IMG/VR virus record: IMGVR_UViG_2920277478_000005
Coordinates: 687 to 64,686 of that record
Reading direction: 5' to 3' (one strand)
DNA length: 64,000 bases
Source of the DNA: a virus
Lineage: Duplodnaviria; Caudoviricetes
Positions 6,616-16,900 of this stretch are shown one piece after another. The notes beneath the pieces are model-generated. The model was not told the origin of the DNA, made no database searches, and worked only from the letters and a program-made list of their open reading frames with translations. The position numbers were made by a program, and so were the translations under genes. How positions within the stretch are numbered: the first letter of the stretch is position 1; each line of letters opens with the position of its first letter.

Positions 6616-8304
6616 TTATGCAGCCGCTCTGCGTCCGCAACGCCCACAGGCAGAAAGACGAGCGGCGTAGTTCCACCAGCCGGCACCGAGCCCAACGTCC
6701 AGGTCCGCAACCCGGCGGCCGTCAACCGCACCGTAGGGCAGGAAGCCGGAGCCAAGAACCTCTCGCTGGCCGTCGCCAGCCTTTTCGAGGTCCTCTGTAT
6801 AGCACCCGTCAGCGTAACCATTACTTGAAGAAGCATTTACTTCTACTGGATATCTAACCTCTGGATCATCAGCTGAATACCCAAGCTTGCTAATATATTT
6901 CCAGCTTCCTTTATTGTCCGGAATCACATAGCCGAGAGCAATCCAGTCCTCTGTTGTTGCGCCAGCTGTCGTTATTTTTGTACAGTCGTAGCAGATATAC
7001 GGACGCATAACATGGTTCTCAATCTTCATAACTGTGTTACCCTTTGGTTCCCAAAAACCAGAAGACATCTCCACACCAAACAAAATATATGGTTCTTTTC
7101 CACTGGCGTTACTTGTCGGTGATCCGCAGGAACCAAGCACGTCATCGCAACCACCAGTATTCCAAGGCATTGTAGATAACATTGTCGGGCACGTCACTCC
7201 CGAAACCGTAGTTGATGCTGTTGAAAACTTCTGCCCTCCATTATCCACATAGACAGCCGAACTATTATCGTCATAGTCTTCGATTTTGGTGATTCGTACC
7301 CTATTGGCCTTTGCGTTGAGGCCAGTATTTCCTCTATCTGTTTCTGGTTTACTATCGCTTGTTAACGAAGAAGCATTTCCAATGGAAACAGTTCCTCCAA
7401 TGACAAGTTCTTTAGCAGCACTTTTGGATATAATGATACGTTCCACATCATTCTCCTGTACTGTGGCAGGTGTCTGTGTCCACCACCAGTTACATCCTGC
7501 CATCACCGACTGGCTATTTCGAGTTGCAAAGGCAATCTCCATAAGTCTTGTCATTCTCTCGGAGTCCTGTGAGGTTTCAGCACAATACTGCGTGCCTTTC
7601 GCCCTGAACTTTGTGAGGGAACTCTGGAAGCTGTAGTTTTTCGGAGATACGCCACTAATCGAGGACGCAACACCGTCCGCATTGTCACCAGACATATATT
7701 TTGCAATTGCCACAAATGGCCGGATTGTTCCGTCTGGTCGGATTGCGCCGCCCTCCGGTAGCCACTCTGCAGAATGTCTGGTATCAGAAATAACGGTATC
7801 CTCGCCATTACTGTCAAATTTACGATATACATACTGTGTTAAATACAGACACCATGTATCGTATTTTGTCCGAGAAAACTCATTATCAATGTCTTTGATG
7901 TACTGAACTTGAAATTCCCCATTCTCATCAACCGATCCATTGACTTCCAGATATGCAAAGCATCCTTTTCCGTCAAAATCATTTACTGCTCTCACTGTAT
8001 TTGTGCTTGGTGCAGCTGCCATGCCTACAGCATCAAAAAGCCGGGTTCCATTGCTTGATGGAGTTACATCATAATTATCAAAATGCACTCCATATTTCTT
8101 GCCATCTTTATGCAGGTTCAAAAGAAATAATGCTTGTTCATTTTTTGAAGCTGCAAATTTTGTAACTGCTTCTTTCAGAGCTACATCATTATTGATCAGC
8201 TGTCCTAAAAGAGCATTAAATACATCTGCGTGTGCTGGATCAGAAGTTTCCAGTTTTCGCAAATTTTCATCAAATGTTGCTCCAGAAATATCGAAATACG
8301 ACAT
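6616..8304 (-). CDS. DGR target: putative tail fibre / receptor-binding protein with C-terminal variable (CLec-like) region
   Basis: Follows baseplate/tail-collar genes; N-terminal ETSDPAHADVFN; VR encodes residues near the C-terminus. Confidence 0.88.
   Translation of the reverse strand: MSYFDISGATFDENLRKLETSDPAHADVFNALLGQLINNDVALKEAVTKFAASKNEQALFLLNLHKDGKKYGVHFDNYDVTPSSNGTRLFDAVGMAAAPSTNTVRAVNDFDGKGCFAYLEVNGSVDENGEFQVQYIKDIDNEFSRTKYDTWCLYLTQYVYRKFDSNGEDTVISDTRHSAEWLPEGGAIRPDGTIRPFVAIAKYMSGDNADGVASSISGVSPKNYSFQSSLTKFRAKGTQYCAETSQDSERMTRLMEIAFATRNSQSVMAGCNWWWTQTPATVQENDVERIIISKSAAKELVIGGTVSIGNASSLTSDSKPETDRGNTGLNAKANRVRITKIEDYDDNSSAVYVDNGGQKFSTASTTVSGVTCPTMLSTMPWNTGGCDDVLGSCGSPTSNASGKEPYILFGVEMSSGFWEPKGNTVMKIENHVMRPYICYDCTKITTAGATTEDWIALGYVIPDNKGSWKYISKLGYSADDPEVRYPVEVNASSSNGYADGCYTEDLEKAGDGQREVLGSGFLPYGAVDGRRVADLDVGLGAGWWNYAARLSACGRCGRRAAA
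6650..6759 (-). repeat. DGR variable repeat (VR) at 3' end of tail-fibre gene
   Basis: 91/110 identical to TR; all 19 differences are at TR adenines. Confidence 0.97.
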
Positions 8305-8372
8305 TTTCTACCTCCTTATGATAACATTTATCTATCATTATCCGATTACTTGTTACAAAATATCGAAATACG

Positions 8373-8753
8373 TTAGAATGTATCATCACACTCGAACACG
8401 CATTCCATGTCTGCATCTTTTCCTTTCTTCAAAAACGCTTTCATGGCCACCATATCCCCATCTGCATCATATAACCCAACTTCAGAAATATAAGTATTTG
8501 CCAGCTCATTCTCTGCCAGTGTGCAGCGATATCTGATTTTTGTATCAGAAAGAACCTCATAACCATCAACGTTCTTGCGAAGCAATTCATGATGTAAGGT
8601 GTTCTGATCGGCACTGTGTGGTTTTACTGTTCCGCCCGAATCTACACCTCCATCGCCAAAAGCCATGCCTACAATCTTTGGGAGCGATGAAATCCCCGCT
8701 CTTGCTTTTACCATTTTTTTCTTAGCCAGTGTTGTAACTGTAGTCCCTGCCAT
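8373..8753 (-). CDS. Phage tail-collar fibre protein (DUF3751-like)
   Basis: MAFGDGG...ISEVGLYDADGDMVA motif. Confidence 0.8.
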   Translation of the reverse strand: MAGTTVTTLAKKKMVKARAGISSLPKIVGMAFGDGGVDSGGTVKPHSADQNTLHHELLRKNVDGYEVLSDTKIRYRCTLAENELANTYISEVGLYDADGDMVAMKAFLKKGKDADMECVFECDDTF

Positions 8754-9962
8754 TTAAAGGACCTCCCTTCCTGAATTTAGTTTTACACTTCCATCTAGCC
8801 TACACGTTCCATCCAGTCTTGCGGCCCGTGAAGGAATAACCATTGTGACCTCTACTTCTTCTTCGTGTTTAACAGGCGCACGAATCCGAACTGTCTGCAG
8901 ATATGGCGGCTCTCCTGCATCAAGCAATAAAGTCCCGTCTAGCAAACAGTTGCCGTCCAGGATCTTATTACCATCACGCCAGCCCATAATTACCCTCTGT
9001 GTGCCTCTAAAATCAGCTTTCTCAGCATTAATCATATCAGGCAATAAAATACACTGTTTCGTTTCAAAAGCCTCCTGATTGCCGATAAACAGCCTATGCC
9101 CGATAAAAGTTTCCATCGGATACCAAGAATTAAGCTTTCTCGTTCCGTCCAGTGAAAAGTTTCCATCAAGAAAACCTTCCCACCATACAAAATCACTTCG
9201 TACGAAAAAGGAAGGCTTAAATATATTTTCATGATATACATCTGGAATCCGGTGAAAAATTCGATCTGCTATAAAATTCTCAGTTAAGACTGTATCGAAT
9301 GGATAGACTGGGCGAAATTCTGTCGGATACCAATGATTCAGATTGATACTGCCGTCAAGAGCGAAGGAACCATCAAGAGAATACTTCCACCATGAAAAAT
9401 CTGAATGATACGTCACTCTCTGTTCAAAGCTCTCTGTGCATTCAATAAGCATGAGGATAACAGAAAGAAGATATACTGTGTGTGATTGCTTCAGCTTATC
9501 GACTTTACTCTTAACTTCTCCTAGTTCTACCTCTGTTTCACCTTCCAATTGAACGCTGAATATGTTAGGGTGAGAAAAATAATGTCCCGGCTCATTACAA
9601 TCATGAACCTGGACATCATAATCCGTCACGCCTTTTAAAATCTGTTCCATTCGCCATGGGGTCATTGGTGCTTTTGTGTTTTTCTTTTCACGGAGTAACC
9701 GTCGTCTTTCTTCATATGATAGGTCTTCTCTTACGGGCAGTCCATACTTGATCTCATGATATTTAAGTCCCCATGTAGCTGTATCGATAAACATCTGGTA
9801 TGGAAGTTCTTCAATATGCACAGTGGCCAGATCAAGCTCTCTGCCCATAACTTCGTATATCCATTTTCCGACATAGGATTTATCATACCAGCCTTTAGTT
9901 ACATATGTCAGCATTCTGTTGGCCGAATCGCTCCACGGGAATCTTTCCAGATCTATACTCAT
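8754..9962 (-). CDS. Baseplate wedge protein (YmfQ/DUF2313-like) with LDG repeats
   Basis: TATWGLKYHEIKYGLP...EERRR; follows baseplate J. Confidence 0.75.
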   Translation of the reverse strand: MSIDLERFPWSDSANRMLTYVTKGWYDKSYVGKWIYEVMGRELDLATVHIEELPYQMFIDTATWGLKYHEIKYGLPVREDLSYEERRRLLREKKNTKAPMTPWRMEQILKGVTDYDVQVHDCNEPGHYFSHPNIFSVQLEGETEVELGEVKSKVDKLKQSHTVYLLSVILMLIECTESFEQRVTYHSDFSWWKYSLDGSFALDGSINLNHWYPTEFRPVYPFDTVLTENFIADRIFHRIPDVYHENIFKPSFFVRSDFVWWEGFLDGNFSLDGTRKLNSWYPMETFIGHRLFIGNQEAFETKQCILLPDMINAEKADFRGTQRVIMGWRDGNKILDGNCLLDGTLLLDAGEPPYLQTVRIRAPVKHEEEVEVTMVIPSRAARLDGTCRLDGSVKLNSGREVL

Positions 9963-11107
9963 GTCTCAGCCCCCTCTAATGTAAATGTCACATTACCGGT
10001 ATCTGCATACTCGCTTGATGAAAGGTGAATGTTTTCTCTCTTTCCATCCATCGTAAAATCTATGAAATCGCTTACTCCGGTTATGGTTGACAGTACTGTT
10101 CGAGCCGAATTGTACCGGAGGATATTTGTTTCTTTCGCCGCGGAATAGACTGCCATCATTTCAGTTTTGAATGTCGAGATTACATCATCCAATCCAACGC
10201 CATCCAGAACAAGTCCTGTACAGGCAAAATCTACAGTTTTTACTGTAGCTGACTTGACGATCAGCTTAGACGATCCAGTAGGCAACAGTCTTTTGCTCCT
10301 GTCGTCCGGAGAAACGATATGGTTGTAAACTGCTGTGACCAGTGTACTTGATGCGGGCTGTCCGTTGCTATCAACTAAGATCAATCCCACTGTTCCTGGT
10401 CCTTCAACAGCTGGTTCTACAATACAATCTCCAATCCCGGGGACTTCTTTGGCCCACTTAATATAGTCAGCATCATTCGCTACATAGAACTGCGAATCTT
10501 GGAATTCTGCATGGATTCGTTCATAATAATCTTCATCATTTTCTTCTTCAGCACCACCCGATGTTTTCTCGCTGTTGGTAATTGCTGTAACGCCATTGAT
10601 CGGTGATGCCATAATTGTAATCGTATTTGCCGGAACATTCCCGGATACCCCCGGAGTGACCGCTTCAACCGCAAGGTCCATGGTTTCATTCTCTGTGAAC
10701 GTAACAGTTCGTAAAGTCTGGAACTCAACAGCTTCCATCTGATCTGTTGCAGGAACTGCAAAGACTGTGCCTGCTGCCAATACTGTGCCATAAGCCGCCG
10801 TAACAGACACTGTTCCAGTTGCTGCTACAGCTTCTTTCCTTGTCACTCCTGCTTCTGCGCCATGCAGATCCATCCAATCGCCCCAGGAATATTCCGGAAA
10901 CGCAACCATCAGGCAGCGAACAAGATTGAACTGTACAAGCTGAGATATCTCGATGGCCGTAGGCATGGTAAAATCATATGGGAAATCACCTTCCATATCC
11001 GATATATCCGCCGGAAGGTTTCCCATCATCCTCTCCTGTATCTGGTCAGAATCACTTTCTGACACAAATTCCGGAACTTCAAATTCTGGTCTAGCCATAT
11101 TAACCAC
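9959..11107 (-). CDS. Baseplate J-like protein
   Basis: LDLHGAE-like GDWMDLHG, GVSGNVPANTI, GGAEEENDED, KWAKEVPGIG motifs. Confidence 0.9.
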   Translation of the reverse strand: MVNMARPEFEVPEFVSESDSDQIQERMMGNLPADISDMEGDFPYDFTMPTAIEISQLVQFNLVRCLMVAFPEYSWGDWMDLHGAEAGVTRKEAVAATGTVSVTAAYGTVLAAGTVFAVPATDQMEAVEFQTLRTVTFTENETMDLAVEAVTPGVSGNVPANTITIMASPINGVTAITNSEKTSGGAEEENDEDYYERIHAEFQDSQFYVANDADYIKWAKEVPGIGDCIVEPAVEGPGTVGLILVDSNGQPASSTLVTAVYNHIVSPDDRSKRLLPTGSSKLIVKSATVKTVDFACTGLVLDGVGLDDVISTFKTEMMAVYSAAKETNILRYNSARTVLSTITGVSDFIDFTMDGKRENIHLSSSEYADTGNVTFTLEGAET

Positions 11108-11112
11108 CTCCT

Positions 11113-11574
11113 CTAAACTTCTATGATTGAATCAACGGTAAAGGGTTCTCCATCAACCGAATAAACTATGAATGATACTTTTACCCTCCCAGTACCCCAT
11201 TCAAAAGAAAACTCTTCTACCGATGATGTCCGCGGATTGACCATCAGAGCTTCCTGGATTGTCCTTTCTAGAGAAAGTTCTACAGTGCTTTGGTCAGATT
11301 CTCTTGTTATATCTTCCGTTTCAGTTCCATGATCATCCGAATATCCCAGACAAGAATATCTTTCTGTAGATACCGTTTTTACACACCATATTTTATATGC
11401 TTCATATCCATCGTTCATTGGCACATTATTTGCGGCGGTGCGAACGAAATCTCCTTTTTCAAGATCCCACATTGGCGATGGCTTATAGTCAACGTCATAT
11501 TCTTCATCTTCCTCTTCATCCACAAAATCTGGAACATCCACAGTCGGCAGTAAATTTTTTGATTCTTCTTCCAT
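11113..11574 (-). CDS. Baseplate protein XkdS/DUF2634-like
   Basis: TERYSCLGYSDDHG, IQEALMVNPR. Confidence 0.8.
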   Translation of the reverse strand: MEEESKNLLPTVDVPDFVDEEEDEEYDVDYKPSPMWDLEKGDFVRTAANNVPMNDGYEAYKIWCVKTVSTERYSCLGYSDDHGTETEDITRESDQSTVELSLERTIQEALMVNPRTSSVEEFSFEWGTGRVKVSFIVYSVDGEPFTVDSIIEV

Positions 11575-11582
11575 ATTGCCTC

Positions 11583-11942
11583 CTATAATCCACTTGCCTT
11601 GACTACTACATCTATGACTACAGGTTCTCCCTCAACCCATACGATAAGCACACGATCTCCCGGTTTTAACTTAGGCATAACCACCTTATGGCTATGTGAG
11701 CCCGTTCCGCTGTTATGCCCTCCGTGTGTTCCTCCGGATACGTTTGTTGATAGATTAGCCAAAAGTCTGCAGACGGAATAATCCTTTTTAGGAATAGGCA
11801 AAGGAAAAGTATTGGAAACAAGGGAATAATCTTTCTTGATCACTCCAAAGTCGAACGAAAATCCTCCTCCTGAGTGTTCTACCATTCTCGAATCCAATAC
11901 CTTTGCAAGCTTTTCCATTCCATTTTTTTCCATTTTTGACAT
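11583..11942 (-). CDS. Baseplate spike-associated protein (XkdR/DUF2577-like)
   Basis: Start re-called at ATG 11942 with GGAGG RBS; LKPGDRVLIVW motif. Confidence 0.7.
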   Translation of the reverse strand: MSKMEKNGMEKLAKVLDSRMVEHSGGGFSFDFGVIKKDYSLVSNTFPLPIPKKDYSVCRLLANLSTNVSGGTHGGHNSGTGSHSHKVVMPKLKPGDRVLIVWVEGEPVVIDVVVKASGL

Positions 11943-11955
11943 AATGTTCCTCCTG

Positions 11956-13212
11956 TCAGTCAAATGATCCATCGTCAACCCAGCCCCAGACATGAGTCTG
12001 ATTCCAGTTTTGTGTAACCAGATGCCATGGGTGTGCTTTTCCGGAACCACCTTTGATCGTGATTTTTGCTTTTCCGGCTCCTGCACTGTATCCTCTGGCA
12101 TCTGGATAACTGCTGACATAATGCTTACCGCCATGGAAATTAACAATGTCCCCAACATCATATGATTTTGCTTTTGTTTTTTTATTCCCACTGCTCTTTT
12201 TTGCTGCCGGTGCTTTTTTCAATCCCAGTGTCATAAGCATTTTATCTACATCATGCGTAGCAGATATTACGATATAATACCCAGCACTTATTGAAGCTGT
12301 TTTTAGATGAATCTTGTCACCCTTCCGAATGATAGGAATATCCGGGAGTTTTATCGTGATTTCTTCCTTTGGTTTGCCATCATCTGCAAGAATCTCTCTC
12401 GCTTCTTTTTTTGCCTCATCCAAAGTATCATTGGTTCCCCTGGAAACAATCTTCTGTCGGATTCCGTAGTTTGTCTTTCCATCAACTGTAGCCTCAACAG
12501 GTGAGCATCCATCATCATTTGCTTTTCCGATGATTTTTACCCTTGTAACCATCCCGGTAGTGCTGATCTTATGGTTTACTTCTGTAAGATGCTGTGTTTC
12601 TTCAAAATGATATACTGTTTTATTTGTTCCAAAACCAACTACGGTCACATTCATTTTCACAGCCCGCAGACATGCCTCAATGCCACCTTTCTTTTTGGCT
12701 TCCTTGAGGATTTTCACAACCACTGTTCCAAGCTTTTCAGACTTATAAGCCAGTTTCCCATGCTTCACATTTGGTCCGCTGTAAGATGTGACCTTTATGC
12801 CCCAGCGTTTCAGCACTTGGACTATGGCTGACTTTGTCTTTACGCCAGCTGAAAAATATACATGATCTTGTGATTCCTGCAGATCATATAGAACATCGTA
12901 TGCCTTTACCTTAAACTTCTCTCCGGATGTTCTCGCTGAAGGATTCCATTCAACTATTTTTCCTCTGGTTGCTTCGGCATTTTTGCCGCCATTATAGGAA
13001 TACAAAAGTGCTGCATAACACCCAGGCTTGGCAAGAGAAGAAATTCTTCCCTTTGAAGTTTTATCGTTCTTGGCTGAAAAACTAATTCTGGCCGCAAGCT
13101 GGTCCTCTCCCTCTTCCCAGGATACATCTTCGACAAATTGCGTGATGTCGTAAGCCTTTTTATCTGCAGTCATAATGGCCACGAGGTATTTATATTTCAT
13201 TGGATTTATCAA
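11956..13212 (-). CDS. Tail hub protein XkdQ-like
   Basis: DITQFVEDVSW...YDLQES...YGIRQKIV; position after LysM protein. Confidence 0.8.
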   Translation of the reverse strand: MINPMKYKYLVAIMTADKKAYDITQFVEDVSWEEGEDQLAARISFSAKNDKTSKGRISSLAKPGCYAALLYSYNGGKNAEATRGKIVEWNPSARTSGEKFKVKAYDVLYDLQESQDHVYFSAGVKTKSAIVQVLKRWGIKVTSYSGPNVKHGKLAYKSEKLGTVVVKILKEAKKKGGIEACLRAVKMNVTVVGFGTNKTVYHFEETQHLTEVNHKISTTGMVTRVKIIGKANDDGCSPVEATVDGKTNYGIRQKIVSRGTNDTLDEAKKEAREILADDGKPKEEITIKLPDIPIIRKGDKIHLKTASISAGYYIVISATHDVDKMLMTLGLKKAPAAKKSSGNKKTKAKSYDVGDIVNFHGGKHYVSSYPDARGYSAGAGKAKITIKGGSGKAHPWHLVTQNWNQTHVWGWVDDGSFD

Positions 13213-13225
13213 TACTCTCGCCTCC

Positions 13226-13924
13226 TTATGGTAAAGTCAGTACTGTTCCTGGATATATCCAATGTCCGTTGTCGCTATTGCGCCGGCCATGTTTCTTAGC
13301 AGCCGCTTCAATAACCTTCTTATTGGCATTGTAGATATTTCTCCACTTTGATTCAGTTTTATATTTCTTACGAGATATTCCACAAAGCGTATCGCCTCGG
13401 ACAATCCTGTAGGTCTTTTTCTTTTTAGTAGATTTCTTGGTACTTGGCCTAGTGGTTTTCTTTTTCTTTTTAGCTTTTTTCTTAGTCCCCAGTTCCTTTG
13501 TTGTATAAATCTTCATCTCGACATATGGAACAAAAGATATCTCGTACGAATAGTCCCCATGTCCGCCAAAAGGCTTATACTCAAAAGATTTGATAGTAAC
13601 ATCTTCATTGATACCAGCTTCAGAAACCACCAGATTTAAAGGTGTCTTTTTTGTCTGCCAGCTTTTCAGTTTGCTGGCGCAGGTTTTTGGCGCTATCCAT
13701 TTCTGGTTTACGGAGGCAAGCTTTTTTCTGCCTGCCCCCCAGAAATATCCAGACCATTTTATAATCTGAGTACCCATACCAGATGGGTAACTCATTTTTC
13801 CTTTTCCAAGAATGTTATATTCCTGATATGCTGTTTCTCTTTTTACATCAACATCATCTTTTGGCATCGAAGGGAACTGGAACTTCGATGCCGAATTATG
13901 CAATTCTTTTAATATCGCTCCCAT
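13226..13924 (-). CDS. XkdP-like tail protein with C-terminal LysM
   Basis: YRIVRGDTLCGISRK...IYNANK...IYPGTVLTLP. Confidence 0.85.
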   Translation of the reverse strand: MGAILKELHNSASKFQFPSMPKDDVDVKRETAYQEYNILGKGKMSYPSGMGTQIIKWSGYFWGAGRKKLASVNQKWIAPKTCASKLKSWQTKKTPLNLVVSEAGINEDVTIKSFEYKPFGGHGDYSYEISFVPYVEMKIYTTKELGTKKKAKKKKKTTRPSTKKSTKKKKTYRIVRGDTLCGISRKKYKTESKWRNIYNANKKVIEAAAKKHGRRNSDNGHWIYPGTVLTLP

Positions 13925-13933
13925 GTTCCCTCC

Positions 13934-16900
13934 TTATGTTGTAACAGGCGTATTCTCATAAGCTTCGCTGAGCATTGTTGCAATTTCGCTTCCAAGATCG
14001 TCAGCCAGCTCCTTGATATGTGCTTTGATGAGCCGAATAACATCACTGTCATTTGTATCTGATATATTGAACTGCGGGGAGAGGTTAACCTGTACCACAA
14101 CGCCAGATTTGTCTGACACTACATTCGTTGGCACAGTTTCTTTCTCTGTTTTTTCAGAATCTTGTGAACTGGAATCTGTGTCGAAATAAGGTGTCGTGTT
14201 TGATACTTCTTTGCCAATGATTCCTCCGCTCGCATGTGCTGATATCTCATCATCAGGACCAAGAACTCCCAGTGTCCGTCCTGCGGATTTCCACAATTCA
14301 ATACCTCTCTGTCGTCTGGCCGGTACCGTAGGAATGATATACTCCAATCCTTCCTCACCTACCCACGACAGCTCAGCTCCATTCAGTCCGACTTCGCCTC
14401 CATTTGCATTACCTGCAATAGTAGCTGATACAGATGATCCGCTACTTGAGGTGGAAATACTAGCTGATGGATTCGTGATATGCCAGTTCAGCGTAACTGC
14501 AACATTTGCAGAGGCTGTGAAGCCCTGTGCGAATGTGCTTTGTACCTGTCCGGCACATTCCGAATAAATCGCTGCTGCATTGTTGGTCTGGTCGAGTGTG
14601 ACATCAACATGTCCGTCTGCTGGAATTGTCTCCGAGAAAGCAGATACTACATCAGCTGTTGCGAGAGAATAAATCTCAGCCGCATTATTGGACTGATCCA
14701 ACGTGATGCTCGCGTGACCATTGGCCGGAACATCACTTACTGCGCTCTCAATATCTGCTGTTACCTGCTCCACAACGCCAGAAGTGTCTGTTGTCGTGCC
14801 TGAGAAGGTAACATTTGCACTGCCTTCAACTGGTACATCTCCTACAGCACCTTTTGCGTCTTCTTCCGCCTGTGCCTGCATTCCGGAGGTATCGGTCGTT
14901 GTATTTGTGACATTTACATTTGCAGATGCTTCCTGCTCAATAGGCTCTGTTTCCGTTTCATCTGCTGCCTGTTCGGTTGCAGACTGCATGCCAGATGTAT
15001 CCACCGTTACCAGTTCTGATGGGATAGTAACAGATGCACCTGCCTGCACTTCAATTCCATTTGCCGCAAGTGTCCCGGATTCCATGCCGAGAGCTGCCTC
15101 AATCTGAGCCGCCGCTGTATCGGAATCCACTTCTACATCTGCCAGATCAACTTTGACTCCTTCTGCTGTCACAGACATTTCTGCTCCTTCTGCATCCAGA
15201 GCCGACATAGCCTGCTCGATAGCAGCCTGAGCCTTGTCTCCGTCAACTTCTGCAGTCAACGTATCCATGGAAATAGTCAGTTCCTGGTCTGGGTGAATAA
15301 TATACGGGCTTTCGATACCGTTCTGTTCTGCAATGGTCTGCCAGTCAATTCCAAGAGCGTTGCCAATTTCCCACAGGCAATCGCCTTGATCAACCTTAAT
15401 CTTTACATGATCAGCGGTAACCTCCTGTGTTTCACCCAAGTCACCAAGAGCCTCATTCAGCTTTGAAGTCCATGCATCTTTGTCAATATCAACGTCTCCA
15501 TCAACAGAAGCTTTCAGTCCTTCAAGTGTCACATCATCAGTTGTAGTCTCTGCCGCCGCCCTGTCAATCGCTTCTGCAAGTTCAGGAGGCAACTGACTGC
15601 GGACCGTTTCATACATTGGATTGCTCGGATCCGTAAGTGATGCTTTTAATTCATCACTTCCATTCTTCCAGATCTGATTAGCATAGTTCTGCCATGTTGC
15701 AGACGTATCGCCAGCAGCTGCTCCAACCTCAATAGCATCATTAAATGAATCCATAAGGCTTTGCGGAACTGCTTTCCCCGCTTCCCGGTAATCGTCAATT
15801 AGGCCCTGCATCTGTGTTACATCAGGTTTCATGCTCTCATACATGGTACTCAAAGCATTCTGATCTTTATCTATTACGGGTCCTACACCAGCAACCTTTC
15901 CGTTTCCAAACTCATTGAATCCGTACATCAATGCACTGGTCAGTGCAGAAACATTTCCTTCTTCTGGATGTTCGAGTTGTAGCAACTGCTCCAGTTGGCT
16001 TTGCGCCGTGTTAATTGTATACTGCGTATTTTCCGCAAGGCTCTGCCTGTTGCTCTGAATCTTCTCAGCATATGCAGAATTCAAAGTGTTCGAACCAAGC
16101 TGTAAGCTCTTAGACAGTTCGTTTCCTTCCTGTCCTTTTACATACCAACCAGTCATTTCGTGATACTGCTTATTCTGAGCAGATGTGATTCTTCCGGCTG
16201 ATTCCATCGAATTAAGCTCTGAATACCACTGCTCAACATCTGCCTGTACACTTTCCTTTGCCGATTGCCTCTGATCTCTCATTGCTCCCAGTAAGTCAGT
16301 GAATGAGCCACTTTCCAGATCAGCTGCATTCAAGCTCCCGTATTCCTGATTTATCCAGTCCCATTGCGCCTGTGCTTCCGATTCCTTCCACCGGGCAGTT
16401 ATGCTGTTCATTTTTTCCTGCAAAGCACTGATGGCACCTTCTTCATCTGCATCTATGATTCCATCTTTCAGTGCCTCAGAGACCTTTTGTGATAACTGGC
16501 TAGATAATCCATCCAATTCAACATAATCCGCTGTAGCCCATTTCTCGATGTTCTGGGCTAATGTCTGTCCCTCTTCCGTGCCTCCGAGATACGTCTGAAC
16601 GTGGATATGCGCTGCAAACGTCCGGCTTTCCAGTTCTTCAATCTTGCTCTTAACAAAAGTTTCGATATTACTTGTGTAATCTTCCTGTTCTTCTGTCGTA
16701 AGTTTAATACCAACTCTGCTCTTAAACTCCAGAACGTCATTGGATTCCAGTGCCTTCTGAGCATCTTCTCGAAGCTTATCAGCGTTCTTTACCTCATTTA
16801 AGGCAACTTCCACATTGGCCAGGTACTTCTGATCAAGAATTCCAGAAGCAATGTCCTGCACTTCCTGAGCTGATAGTTTGATGTTTCCAAAATGTTCTTC

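Larger units (their letters stand above)
4865..8304 (-). mobile_element. Diversity-generating retroelement (target-VR, hairpin, TR, Sp, RT)
   Basis: All core DGR parts except avd present in canonical order. Confidence 0.95.

Noticed and set aside
6399-6759. TR/VR as CRISPR array or simple duplication
   Set aside because: Only two copies, no spacers or cas genes, and mismatches are strictly adenine-specific.
6023-6857. ORFs 6023-6541, 6549-6836 and 6591-6857 as DGR accessory genes
   Set aside because: Overlap RT, TR or VR in alternative frames, with no RBS or Avd-like pattern.
11943-12191. N-terminal 83 aa of ORF 11583-12191
   Set aside because: Overlaps the XkdQ-like gene; a good RBS with ATG exists at 11942.
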